DNA of 63,992 nt, filler included, from Ministeria vibrans ATCC 50519 (lineage: Eukaryota; Protista; Filasterea): assembly GCA_943704425.1 (NCBI GenBank). It is 7 parts of 7 records of this genome, joined end to end, with 100 filler letters (N's around TTAATTAATTAA, not from the genome) between each part and the next. Parts side by side here need not be neighbours in the genome. Positions count along the whole stretch, not along the records: positions 1 to 27,016 come from CALSCP010002424.1; 6 more parts are not named here. The stretch is one strand, 5' to 3'. A program made the position numbers and the translations under genes. How positions within the stretch are numbered: position 1 is the first letter of the stretch; every line of letters starts with the position of its first letter. The notes beneath the pieces were generated by a model, which was not told the DNA's origin, did not search any database, and worked only from the letters and a program-made list of their open reading frames with translations. Shown here in pieces: positions 1 through 20,574 of this stretch.

Positions 1-70
1 CTGTCTTGTTTTTTATCATTCTCACTGTCTTGTTTTTTATCATTCTCACTGTCTTGTTTTCTCTTTCACT
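1..70 (+). repeat. 24-bp tandem repeat (CTGTCTTGTTTTTTATCATTCTCA), ~3 copies, probably intronic
   Basis: Two exact copies plus one degenerate copy at the window start. Confidence 0.8.
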
Positions 71-183
71 CTGGTTTGCCTGTTTTCTGTTACGTTCACT
101 TCTTACTGGTCATCTCTTTCACTTTGATCCCTGGTTCACTTCCTCAATCTATTTATTTGTATCACCGTTCTCCCTTCGAGTAG

Positions 184-519
184 GAATGTCTGCTTGAGAT
201 GAAGGACTCTGATATCAAATACGGACATGATTTGCTCAAAGACGATTTCATTTCGGTTTGTGGTTCCACCAAAAGAGAAAACCATGAAGCCAAACGTCTC
301 TCCTTATTTTCATAGAAAAATGTTGCATGGAAGAAGGAACTTGAGCTGATGCTCAAACGAAAGGAAAAGGCAGAAATTCGTAGGAAAGCGATGAGAGAAG
401 GGGAAACGTTAAGACTGAATGCTACCCTGATTTTTATAGAGGCCCTGAGCTCGTTTGGATTTCAGTTTCTCACTCAGGAGTATCTGCCACGGAAATTGGC
501 GGAAGGGGATTGGATTTGA
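184..519 (+). CDS. 3' exons of a hypothetical protein (5' part outside window)
   Basis: Three exons joined by GT-AG introns (184-255, 316-379, ~440-519) splice in frame to [71 protein letters not shown]. Confidence 0.6.
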
Positions 520-636
520 AGGGCAGAGTGAGAGAAGAAAAAGATCAAAATCAGTATTTGCACAATGTACAGAGCGGCAAAAGAAACGCTGGAAAAAAAG
601 GAATGTTTTAATGGTACAGTGGAGTTGTAACTGGTG

Positions 637-1856
637 TTATTCGAGACGCAGACGACGAGCAGTGCGACGGGCATTGACAGGAGGAGGAGGGGAAGAAGAG
701 GAAGTGACGGTGGACGTTTGGGTGTGAGTGTGTTGTGGCTCTTGCGATAATGGAGCCACAGTGGATTCTACAATCCCGTGCACTGACACACCTGAAAGAA
801 ATATGAGTGAGTAAGAAATGGGAGGTTTTGATATTACCTCTCTGTGGCTTGGTGCCACTTTGCGGCTCATGTGGTCCGTCTGGATCAGGCTTGGCCAAGA
901 CTGCCGCGCAGATAGTGTTATTCAATTGATTCCCATTTGCCACATTTTGTGTGTATGTGTTACTTACTGTGCAATTGAGGAATGAGTGGCGTTGGAATGA
1001 GCTGTTCTGCCGTGTAAAGGTCTTCCGCACTGACTCCCGCTCGTTTGTCGAGTCCCATTGCCATATTCATGCGCTACATTAGAATTTTTGCTCCCGTCAG
1101 CCATGTTTTGAATGTGAATTTCCTGATACCTTTAAAATTGCAATATCATCGTGAATTTCAAAGGGATTACTGAAACTAAAGTAGTAATCAGTCCTAAACG
1201 ATGAACACATTTGATTTAGAAAAAATGTGCTTTTTTTTTTTGGTGTCTCCTTCTTACCGATCTTCCGCCATTTCACACTCGATGAACGTGTCCTTTTCGG
1301 TATTCACCACAATAAATGGAAGAGACACTTTTGACTCTTCCATTGGTTGTCTAGCACACACACACACACAAAAAAAAAAAAATCAGACTCAGAACTGCTG
1401 CGTCTCTTATTACTTCTACATACCCTTCTTTTTCGCGTTCTCGGTTACGCGCAACGAGTCGCTTGAACGCAATCTGTTGCAGAATAAGGTCGTGGAGGTG
1501 CTCGCGTCGCTGTGCAACTCGCGCCTCTTGCTGTTGAATTTCTTCTGTGAGCTCTTCGCATTCGCGTTCAGAGTTGGAAGGAAGCCCAATCCATTTGATC
1601 TAATACAACATAAAATGACCGCTCGCGACGAAAAAGAGATAGCAGGCTGTACCTCTTTTTTCTCCCGAGAAATAATATTCATCGCCATCAGGACATTTAG
1701 TGCATCGTAGACGCGCCGACGCAGATTCTTCTGGTCGTAACCCTTTGCACACACAACTGGTCAGATCCCACAGACCCGCTCAGATCATACACTTACTGGT
1801 GACGTGTCGTTGTCGGGTTTGGCAAGCTCAGCAACAAGTTCTTCGGCAACCTGTGC

Positions 1857-1895
<39 letters not shown>

Positions 1896-2453
1896 AAAAA
1901 ATGTTTGTTTGTTTTTTGCTTTTTTTTTTTTTTTTTTGACTCATTCTTTCGTTTTGCTGGTGGTGATGTTTACCTCTGCATACGTAGTGGTGCCCTTCTC
2001 CTTGACCTTGTCACACACGCGGCCGCTGAACTGCCGCAGCCCCTTGCCTTTGCCGTCGGAGCGCGCACTGGCGTCGCCGCGCGTGATCACAGCCGCCCGC
2101 TTGTGCTTGGGCGACGTGGGCTCGTCCCTACAGCGATGTGACGGGGAGAGGGGGGGGGTGAGCGCGGGTTAGAGCAGTATAATCCAGCACAAAGCCAAGT
2201 TTGCCCATCTCAACCTGCCACACTTTAAAAACGTTGTGACAACGTAAAAGCGAAGCAGAATCACTTGGCTGTGGGCACACTCACACCACAGTGGGGACAA
2301 GGCTCAGAGGGGTGCGAGAGACGGAGCAGCACAGACGATTGTGTGCGCGCGAGAGAAAGAGAGAGAGAGAGAGAGTAAAAAACACCGGTATTACTCGTAG
2401 TCGTCGTCAACGCTGGCTGCGGCCCTTCGCTTCTTGCCAGCAGGGGAGCTCAT
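637..2453 (-). CDS. TFDP: Transcription factor DP (E2F dimerization partner), multi-exon
   Basis: [30 protein letters not shown]; DEF box [29 protein letters not shown]; [28 protein letters not shown] at 2453. Confidence 0.93.
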
Positions 2454-2787
2454 ATGGTGTGAATAGGAGGGGTAAAAAGAAAAAGACTGAAAAGGCGATT
2501 GGGCGAAGTGTCAAAGGTCAAACTGGCTGAGTGTGTGTTGAATACGATCAAACCCCACTCAAAAACAGTCTCAAAGTATGTTTTTAAAAACCTCAAAGCC
2601 GCTCTATTATCGCCTTAGAGTCTTAGTCCTTACTCCTTAGCTGATTTCTGAAAAAGATCATGCGGGCGAGAATGCTTCAAGGAGGACTACTGCTTAGTAT
2701 TCGCATATGATTGACGTTTGCCAATCACTCGCCTGGTACGCCACCGTTCGTGAGGATTGACGAATAGTTTGGTATAATAATCACTCT

Positions 2788-8158
<5,371 letters not shown>

Positions 8159-8642
8159 TCTACATACAGAGTACCCAGTGGGTCAACACAAAAGAGGCGC
8201 CAGAGAAGGGGTCCTTGGCCGCAGCGGAGCGTTGCGTTTCATTTCGACCCAAATACTACGGTTCTTTCTTCCCGGCAAAACACCCTCATCCACAGCATAT
8301 TACATCAACCGTTCAAGATTACCTGTGTCTCAGTGTTTGTCTGTCCTGCTACACAAAAATTAGACGCAGAAAAGCTCTCGTTGAGGATATTTGATTGTGG
8401 ACTTGTGGTGGAATGAAAATAATATTGGTTATTTTGAGTCATTTCCTAATGATCAATGATCATACAAAATTACACGTCCTTTGGACTCTGTAACCGAATA
8501 CAATTCAGACAGCTCACAGCTGGGTGTAATAAGTGTATCCCTTGTAGAAAATTGTTTCAAGTCGACAAGAAAATTGAAATCAATCAGAATAGTGTATGAA
8601 ATCCGATAAAAAAAAAATGAAATGATACAAAAAGGGGAAGCA

Positions 8643-11607
<2,965 letters not shown>

Positions 11608-11937
11608 TGTATCAAAAAGAAAACGAAAAAAAAATGAAAAGTGTAGATTTACCTAAAAACCTAAAAACGGGAACGGGCACTTCTCCGCCTTTCAACTCAC
11701 ACTCTCGAAGCCTGGCGACGAACCGCTAAGCTTAAGGCTATATTCTAGAAAGCTCACGAGCTCACTAAGCTCAGTCAGCTATCACTTGACACCTCACAAA
11801 ACGAGAGATGACCAATGATCGTGTGGTTCACGAGTACTGATCCAATAGTAAGAAAATTGAAAATTCAAATATTAATTTGTATTTAATATTCAAACCTTTT
11901 TTTGTTTGTAACTTTTCTTTTTCTTTCATACTTCCAC
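11608..11937. promoter_or_regulatory. Putative bidirectional promoter between head-to-head MAPK and CDK genes
   Basis: 330 bp between divergent ATGs. Contains CCAAT-type words (GACCAATG ~11810, TCCAATAG ~11841). Confidence 0.5.
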
Positions 11938-12978
11938 ATGGAGCACTACAGTCGTCTTGAGAAAGTAATCAGCCCCTCCTCTATCTCTCTCTTCCTCTCT
12001 GGATTTTTTTTCTGCTTTGCGTCATTCATTCAAATTCAAAACCCGTCGCGTCAAATTCGCCTCAAATGGCGTCTACCGACCGCTTCCGCGCGCGCGCCTT
12101 ACGCTCTACAACTCCAAATTGCTGGCATCACCTGCACGTCCGCGCATCCACGCGTAAAGCGCCTCTGTTTGCTGACCTCCGGAATTGGAATTGGTTTTTT
12201 TTTTGAATTTTTCGATTCTTTCGTTCTGGTGCTTGGTTTGCGCCGCACGCGCGTGCAATCGTGAGCCTGGTCCATGGTGCGTCCTAAACGCTCGCTGGCG
12301 GTGGCTGAGTCGCTCGGCCCAATCGTCTTTTTATTTTTTGGTCTTTTCTTGTTTGCCCGCTTTTTCAACACCGGCGCTCTCTCTTGGCCCATCGACCTGC
12401 CCGGCGCTCTCCTCTCCAACACCCGGCCCCCACGTGTACTTTTCTGGCTTGCTGTCGACCCACCTCCGTGCGATAAGCTCTCCGTTGCTCTCAGTGCTCG
12501 TTTTTTTTCCTCTCTCCTGCGTCTGGCTTTTTTTTTTCGGTGTGCTCTCAACAACGGTTGCTCAATCTGCGCCGCTTTGCCGCGCATGGCGTGTTTTTTG
12601 GCAATGTTACGGCGTGCGCCCGCTGCCAAGGCATTTCCGGCATTATTTCCATTTGAGTTTTTGGCGCCTGTCAAAAAAAATTTCTCACCCTCCACTGACA
12701 ACCTCCCACGTGCCTCTCTCCTCTCTTCCGCTCTAGATTGGGTAAGCAGACACGTTGGCTGTCGGTTATTGGCCGGAATTGGAGCTTTTTCGGCGCGATC
12801 TGTCTCATCTGTGTTTCACTAACACTCACTTTCGTTTTTTTTTCCTCTCTGTAATCTCTCTGCGATCCTTTTCTCTCTCTATCACTTTGTTTCTTTCTCC
12901 GTCCTCTCTCTCTCTCTCTATCACTTTGTTTCTTTCTCCCTCCTCTCTCTCTCTCTCTATCACTTTGTTTCTTTCTTC

Positions 12979-13032
<54 letters not shown>

Positions 13033-14516
13033 CTTCTCTCTCTCTCTCTCTTGTCTGCTCAGTTCTGGTACGATCTCTATTGAAGGAATGTTTTGCGCCT
13101 GTGCTTATTGCTGTCTGTTCTGTGTGTGTGTTCTCTTTGTGCTTGTGTGCAGGCACGTACGGTGTTGTGTACAAGGCTGAGGACCGTCGCACGGGCGAGC
13201 GAGTTGCGTTGAAGAAGATCCGCCTCGATGCCGAAGACGAAGGTGCGGCGCCGTCTGCCTGTTCTTTGAAGCGCATATGTGTGTATATGTGTGTGCTAAC
13301 GCGCGATGCCACTGTAGGAGTCCCAAGCACAGCCATCCGAGAGATTTCTCTGCTGAAAGAGCTGCGCCACCCCAATGTTGTGCTGCTCCTCGATGTTGTT
13401 CACCACGATCGCGTATGATACATTTGCAATGTGTTTTATTTTTGTTTGTATTTTGTCGTGTTCCTATTTCAGTAGTGTGCTGCACTAAGTTTGTATTGGC
13501 TGCTCACAACATCTGTTTCCACAGCAACTGCATCTGGTGTTCGAGTACCTTGACGCAGACTTCAAGAAATACATTGTCAAGTCGCCTCCGTCCGGCATGA
13601 CCAGCATGCACATCAAGGTGATTTATACAACACATCGTCACCCTTTTTCACTAACTCTATTTTTTTTTTGCAGTCGTTTCTTTACCAAATCCTGCGCGGT
13701 ATTGCATTCTGCCACTCGCACCGTGTGATGCACCGCGACCTGAAACCGCAGAACATCTTGATTGACAACAAGGGTACCATCAAGCTGGCCGACTTTGGGC
13801 TGGCGCGCGCCTTTAGCATTCCTGTGCGCTCCTACACGCACGAGGTCATCACGCTGTGGTACCGTGCCCCCGAGATTCTACTGGGTGACCGCCACTACAG
13901 CACTCCCGTCGACATTTGGTCCATTGGCACCATCTTCTCCGAAATGGTCACCCGCAGACCACAGTTTCCCGGAGACTCTGAAATCGATCAGCTTTTCCGC
14001 ATCTTCCGCACCCTCGGCACGCCCAACGAGTACGTCTGGCCGGGCGTTTCTTCCCTTCCTGACTTCAAGGCCACTTTCCCCAACTGGCGCGGCCAGACGC
14101 TCCAGTTTGAGAACCTCGACGCCCAAGGCCACGATCTCCTCCAGGTACATCAAGAAAACCCCAAGCCCTCACCTTTCCCTGTTCTTCTCACTTTGGTTTT
14201 TTTGTTTCTTGTTTTTTTTTTCTCACTTTCTTTTATTTATTAACTTTCTTTCTCTCTCTCTATTACTTTGTTTCTTTCTCTCTCTCTATTACTTTGTTTC
14301 TTTCTCTCTCGCTCTCTATCACTCTAATAACTATATAATTATACTTACTTGGTCTTCCTCCTTGTATCTCTAATGATAATGTGTCGTTCCTCTCACTCAC
14401 TTTGTCTTTTGTCTCTCCCTCAGCAAATGCTTATCTACAACCCCCGCATGCGCATCTCCGCCAAGGCCGCCATGAGCCATCCATATTTTGAGGATTTTGA
14501 CAAGACTTCCGTGTAG
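11938..14516 (+). CDS. CDK1: Cyclin-dependent kinase CDK1/CDK2 (PSTAIRE)
   Basis: MEHYSRLEK + microexons + [67 protein letters not shown]. Stop at 14514-14516. Confidence 0.95.
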
Positions 14517-14659
14517 ATTTGTCTTTTTTTTGTGTTTGTCTTGTCATTCTCTCTTTCTTCCCTTTTTCTTTTTATTTTGGTTTCAAATGAAATCTTGGAA
14601 AAATCAAAAAATAGATAAAAATTATAATAATTTTATTATGAAGACGATAGTTGCATGTG

Positions 14660-17205
14660 TTAAAGAAGGGGCAAGAGAGACTGTGGAGCACGATGGCCAA
14701 TGCGGGCCATTTCAGCATAGACGACAACAGCAGCCATAACTGAAGAGAAGAGACAAGAGGGAGAGTCAGGGGCACACGCGAGATAGATCAGGCGTCTTAC
14801 TGGCGAGGATAGGCAGGATCAGGTTGTAAAGGAGACGGTCGCGTTTGCGGTACTGGTGCGCAACGGGAACGACACTACAAAGCGCGTCAGAGAATAAATC
14901 TCATTCAAAAAAATTCAGATGCTCAAACAAAAATTTACCTGTACGAGACGGCTGAGGGAATGAGCTGCGCAGTGTGCATGCCCACGTGCTGATCGCTGTT
15001 GGTGGTGGTGCCCTTGGGCGTGACTGTCACTGCAACATTGATGGGCGCTGCATTCTCGGACGATGCAGCGCCCTCCTCTGCGTGCACGAACAAAGAGGCC
15101 ATGCGCGCAGGAGCAAGTTCGCTTGCGGTCCAACCGAGTGCGTTGCACACGTCCACCGACGCACCACCTTCCACAAGCAACGTCGTCATGGCAACGCTGC
15201 CCCGCCAGGCCGCAAAGTGAAGCGGAGTGAGTCCGTCGCGATCACACTGGTCCAAGTCCGCACCACACTCGAGAAGAACACTGGCCAGGCGAGTGTAGCC
15301 GCAGATGGTTGCCAGGTGTAGCAGCGTGTGTCCAGTGCGCTCAGAGCGCAGATTCAGGTGATGCGCTTCGCTCACGCTCAATCGCTGAATGCAGCTCAGA
15401 CTAAAACGTGACAAGAAAAATATTTTGTATGACGTGAGATGTTATATGTAGTATACCTGTCGATGAGTTGGGTCTCGAGAGAAGATTGAGATGGAAGTGA
15501 GCGCTGGAGCGAGTCAATGAGGATCGGGAGGAGACGACGAGCGTTGTTGAGATCAGAGGGGGCACTGGTGGGGAGGGCAAGGGTGTCGGAGGGAGCACCG
15601 CTGCTGCCCGTGCCAGAGCCACCCGACGACGACTGCTGCTGCTCCTGCTGTTGAATGTGGTGTTGCCAGAGAATAGACATTGCAGACTAAAAAAAACCAC
15701 AAGCAAGAGAATCATAAACAATTGTTCGTGCGTACTTTGTTTCTGTTTCCCTCTTCTCACACACACACACTCTTCCACGCTCTATCACTTTGTTTCTTTA
15801 TCCCTCTTCACACACACACACACACACACTCTATCTTTTTTTCGTCCTCACACACTCTCTCCCACGTTCTCTCTATCTCACTTTCTCTCTCTCTTTCTCA
15901 CTGTTCATACAAGTTTGGGGTCGAGCGGCTGACCATTGCTGGTTTGCATGGTGATGACTTGCAGAGCAAGACGGAGCAAGTCGCGCTCTGTGTCGTCTTC
16001 GTATACAAACATAACTAACAAGAGAAAGAAAGATGGAGAGAGAGAGAGAGAGAGAAGAGACAGAGAGAGAGAGAGAACAAGTGAGAGAGAGAGAGAACAA
16101 GTGAGAGAGAGAGAGAACAAGTGAGAGAGAGAGAGGAAAGGTGAGGTGGAGTCCGTGGGCAGTCGCTCAGAGCCATACCGGGAGGGAGGAACGGATCGCT
16201 GGAAGACACTGGCGCAGTCGGAAGGACTGTGACGGGAACTTCGCCTGGGTACGGAGAAGCAGGGACACGACAGACGAGAGTGGATGCGCTCCAGCAGTGC
16301 ACTTCAGTGGCCTCCTGGTTGCCAAAGAAGACCGCCATACCCGGCGCAAAGTGGTGGCCCAGCACAGTGCACTCGATACCCCCGACCATCGGACCTGTCT
16401 TGGGGATCACTCGCTCGACACATGGCACTGCGGAAAGACAATAGTGGTAAGTGCACTATTGTGCACGATGATAAACAAGCAGTGCGTACCGACGGGGCGA
16501 GGAGGAACCTGCTGGTCGTCGTAGGGCATGCTGAGCTCAGCAGCGAGTTCGTTGACACGGTCGGCGTCCGACACGCCTTCCTCGACCTTGACCAGCGCGC
16601 TGGACGACGATCCGGGGGTAGTGATGGTAGTGCTGCTGAAGAGAGACGACGGGGGTGAGGACGCGGAGAGAGAGATGGGCGAGCTGGCGGTGCTGGTGCG
16701 GCGTGAAGGGTGCTGGCGCGCATAATACTCGTCGTCTTCGTCCATGTCGTCCGGATGCAGACGCGCATCGCCACGAAACTCGTCATAGACACTGCCGCCA
16801 AATGGAAGGGGCCCGTCGGGCGTAATGGGACGATGGTGGTGTGGCTTCTGCTGCTGCTGCTGCTGCTGCAGCTGCAGTGGTGGTGGCGTCGAGTAGTCTT
16901 CGCGTTTGCGTTTTGACGTGCGTTTCGATACACCCCCGCCCGCCTCGCCTGGACCATTGGCTCTCGACGACTTGTGGTCATCGGTGATCATGATGGGCGG
17001 CGACATACACTCGGCAAGGCAGGCACCGCTCGAGTCAGTGATGGAAAAAGACACGCGGAAGCCAATGCGCTCCGAATGGTGGCGACAGTAGCAAGTGATG
17101 CGTGTCGGCAAAATCACATCGCCACTGCTAAAGTCTACCAACTCGCCGCAGTTGAACACGACAATCATTTGCTGTTCCGCTTCCACGTCGTCCACATCGT
17201 CCTAC
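14660..17205 (-). CDS. Spt23/Mga2-like membrane-tethered transcription factor (DNA-binding + IPT/TIG + ankyrin + TM); 5' end lost in gap
   Basis: LPTRITCYCRHHSERIGF...SPPIMITDDHK; IPT domain RVIPKTGPMVGGIECTVLG...WSASTLVCRVP; YEDDTERDLLRLALQV; ankyrins GHTLLHLA and GLTPLHFAA; C-terminal KRDRLLYNLILPILAIMAAVVVY hydrophobic anchor. Confidence 0.88.
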
Positions 17206-17691
17206 GGTGACAGTTTCAAAAAAAAAAAAAAAAAAAACAGATNNNNNNNNNNNNNNNNNNNNNNNNNNNNNNNNNNNNNNNNNNNNNNNNNNNNNNNNNN
17301 NNNNNNNNNNNNNNNNNNNNNNNNNNNNNNNNNNNNNNNNNNNNNNNNNNNNNNNNNNNNNNNNNNNNNNNNNNNNNNNNNNNNNNNNNNNNNNNNNNNN
17401 NNNNNNNNNNNNNNNNNNNNNNNNNNNNNNNNNNNNNNNNNNNNNNNNNNNNNNNNNNNNNNNNNNNNNNNNNNNNNNNNNNNNNNNNNNNNNNNNNNNN
17501 NNNNNNNNNNNNNNNNNNNNNNNNNNNNNNNNNNNNNNNNNNNNNNNNNNNNNNNNNNNNNNNNNNNNNNNNNNNNNNNNNNNNNNNNNNNNNNNNNNNN
17601 NNNNNNNNNNNNNNNNNNNNNNNNNNNGGGGGGGGTGGTGTAGGCTTGAATAAAAGTAAATATTATACACTCATGAGAAGAATGTACGGAA

Positions 17692-17859
17692 GCACAGGCA
17701 AACCGTGTACACGGCGAATACACGGCAGTCCTCGGTGCACCATTGCCGCGCCCCTCACGCTCAATGATACACCCATGGAGAATAATGAAAGAAGGCACAG
17801 GTAGACCGTGTACACGGCAGTCCCCGGTGCACCATTGCTGCGCCCCGCAGGCTCAATGA
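17692..17859. repeat. Imperfect ~65-75 bp direct repeat, each copy containing the palindrome CCGTGTACACGG
   Basis: Copies at ~17692-17767 and ~17795-17859. Confidence 0.8.
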
Positions 17860-17996
17860 GGCGCAGGGCCCTCGAAACTCGAAAGGGAACGGGAGAACTG
17901 AATTGAACGGTTGTCAATCAGATTGTGACGTAGAAGACGAGTTGGAAGTTCAAATAGCGTGCCGCAAGTATTAAAATAATGTTATTGCTTAAATAA

Positions 17997-19727
17997 TCAC
18001 TTGCGATAGTTGACATCCCCCTCGGCGCGCACCCGACGCCGCACCTCCTCCTGTGCCACCACCAGTGCATCGTTCAGACGCGCCGTCAGATCCGCATTGG
18101 TCGCTAGTAGCGTGGCCTGTTCGTCGCGCGCGCGCGTCAGTTCGCGACGCAATCCTACACACTCGCGTTCGGCGCGCCGTGTCAGCTCAAGGCACCGGCG
18201 CTCGGCCGCTGCCAGTTCCTGTGTGCGTCGCATTTGCTCTGCCAGCGTCCGTTCTACAGCCCCTTCGCGTTGCTTTAGTGTCGCTTCGCGGTCGCGCAAT
18301 GCCGCTTCGCGTCGCATCAGCTGTGCCTGTGCGACACTCCCGTCGTTCACTGTCTTGCCCAGGGCCCGTTTGCGTTCCTCCACCTCCCTTCGTATCCCCT
18401 CCACCACACGCACCCGCTCCCCCCACTCTTGCTCCATTTTTTCCTCCCGCGCTTCTACTTCCTCTAGTCGCTCCCGCAGTCGCCCTTCCATCTCCCGCTC
18501 CCGTCCTTCCCGTCGCTTCAGTGCCTCTCGCTCCCGTTCGTCTGCCCTCCGCTCCAGCTCCTTTACGCGTGCCTCGTATCTCCGCTCCGTCTCACGTTCG
18601 CGCTCCCCTTCCTCCCTCGTCCGCTTCGCCATTTCCGCTTGCTCCTCGCGCCATGCATTGGTCCGTGTCGACGACGATGACGAGGAGAAGGGTTGAGAGT
18701 GAAAGAGAGCGGCGGTGGGAGACATGAGTCCACTTGTGGTGGTGGTGCTCGCGCGCACCGTTGCGAGCGCCTCCTGCTGTCGATGTTCACTCAGTAGCTG
18801 CTCGTAATGACGCACCAGTGACCATATAAGTCGCGGGGCAACGGGCACTTCGCTGTTGCTGTTGCCGTCTCCAGCCTCCTGCGCCGCCACCGTGCGACTG
18901 AGGTTGTGCAGCTCGCGCGTCAGTTCGCCGTGTGTCATGGTGGCGCCTGTTGGGTATGTGCTGGTACGTTGCCCACTACCGGGTGTGAATGGCGTCGATA
19001 TTTTAAAGGAAGATGGAGAGAGATGGTGGTGGTGTTGTTGTCGTGCGCTGCTCTTGGCGGTTTGTGGTGTGGACGGGTCAAATCGCGGAGTGCGGAGGGT
19101 GTTTTGTGCATTGTGCTGAGGCGATTGCTGATGTTGGTGACGAAACGACTGGGGTCGCCTTGGAGGAGTTTTGTAGCATTCGTCGCTGCTCTTGTTGCTG
19201 TCGCTCCTGCTATCGCTGATCGCGTCGCTCGCGTCGCTTTGGTCTGATTCGGATTCGGATTCTACAGCATAATGTTTCTGCTGCGACGTTCGTCTTCTTC
19301 GCTTTGAGACGGGCGTCGACAAGTTCTGTCGTGTTGCCGTGTTGCTAGGGTGTGCCGTGGCGTGCTTGTCTCTGATTGTGGGGCCGTTGCGCAACGACAC
19401 ACGGGTCACAAAGGCTTCGGCAACGTCCAAGCCGTCGTCCTCAACATCGCTCTCTTTGCGACGCTCTTGAGACCACACACTGCTGTGCGACGGCATGGCG
19501 GACGCCCCCAGACGCTGTGCTGTGGTATGGGCAAGTGATCGCGCCATTGAGTCCCTCATAGCAGTCTGCTGCGCTTGGCGGGCGGCCGGCGCGCTCTGGC
19601 TCAACGATTCAAATCGAGGTGGTTGCGGGATGGCGCCCCCGTAAGAAAATGGGGAGCCGCGATCAGGGGTGCTGTCACGCGGCGTGACCAGTGCAGCCGT
19701 GGTGAGTTCGGGTGGGTTGCTCCACAT
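17997..19727 (-). CDS. Hypothetical protein, disordered N-terminus and C-terminal coiled coil
   Basis: 576-aa ATG ORF with an E/R-rich heptad region. Confidence 0.7.
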   Translation of the reverse strand: MWSNPPELTTAALVTPRDSTPDRGSPFSYGGAIPQPPRFESLSQSAPAARQAQQTAMRDSMARSLAHTTAQRLGASAMPSHSSVWSQERRKESDVEDDGLDVAEAFVTRVSLRNGPTIRDKHATAHPSNTATRQNLSTPVSKRRRRTSQQKHYAVESESESDQSDASDAISDSRSDSNKSSDECYKTPPRRPQSFRHQHQQSPQHNAQNTLRTPRFDPSTPQTAKSSARQQHHHHLSPSSFKISTPFTPGSGQRTSTYPTGATMTHGELTRELHNLSRTVAAQEAGDGNSNSEVPVAPRLIWSLVRHYEQLLSEHRQQEALATVRASTTTTSGLMSPTAALFHSQPFSSSSSSTRTNAWREEQAEMAKRTREEGERERETERRYEARVKELERRADEREREALKRREGREREMEGRLRERLEEVEAREEKMEQEWGERVRVVEGIRREVEERKRALGKTVNDGSVAQAQLMRREAALRDREATLKQREGAVERTLAEQMRRTQELAAAERRCLELTRRAERECVGLRRELTRARDEQATLLATNADLTARLNDALVVAQEEVRRRVRAEGDVNYRK

Positions 19728-20117
19728 TGATTATTGAAAATTGAAGTGAAGTTAAGTTCCAAAAAAAAATTTATCAATCACAAACGAAAAGCGACAACAC
19801 AAACAGCCCCGAACCACTTTCTAAGCTACAGAGCGTCGAGAAGGAGCGGATATAGGATGGCTGCACAGACAGGCTGTTGGCCAGACAAGTGACGCGATAA
19901 GCACCAGATACACCATATCCTGAGAGGGACATAAAGCTCTGCAGCTACCTACCCCCACTCGTGTCGGTACAGGCGCGCTTCCCTTCTCCTTGGGCGATGT
20001 TGCCCAGTTTCATCGGCGTGGCTGAAAGAGCTGAGATAAGTGAAGACCTTCTCTCGGTTGTGTGAGGCGCACAGAGGTGACGGGCGTCGCTGTGATTGGA
20101 AGCGGTGAAACTGAGGG

Positions 20118-20502
20118 CACAGTTCTGCAAGTTATTTTCCTCTCTCTACTCGACTCTCTCTACTGTCTTTCTCTCACTCTTTGGACATACTCTTCCCCAT
20201 GTGGAACCCAGTTCCACCGCGAAGGAGCGCCACGATTTATTTATTTTTAAAATTAACTTTCAGGTGACTTTCATTGATAAGCCAACATAAGACTCTCAGT
20301 CTTGATTACAACACTAGCCTTGCTGGCTGAGAAGACCCAATGCACCCATTCCTCTCTCCCCACAATCCGCACTTGGGTTGTTCAGCACGAGTTCTACAAG
20401 TTATTGTTTTTTCTCTCGATGAAAACACTCTTTGGAAAAGTAAAACACAAACATCATTCCTCCTCATGTGGAAACCAGTTCCACCGTGGAGCGGCGCCAT
20501 GA
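20118..20502. repeat. Two related ~115-bp units, each ending in a GTGGAA..TTCCAC hairpin
   Basis: CACAGTTCTGCAAGTTATT...CATGTGGAACCCAGTTCCACCG (20118-20235) versus CACGAGTTCTACAAGTTATT...CATGTGGAAACCAGTTCCACCG (20386-20502). Confidence 0.65.
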
Positions 20503-20519
20503 AGTTGCATGACGCATAG

Positions 20520-20524
20520 TGGCA

Positions 20525-20574
<50 letters not shown>

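Noticed and set aside
12099-12822. 180-200 aa ORFs on both strands
   Set aside because: They lie within the first CDK introns, are low-complexity, and have no recognisable motifs.
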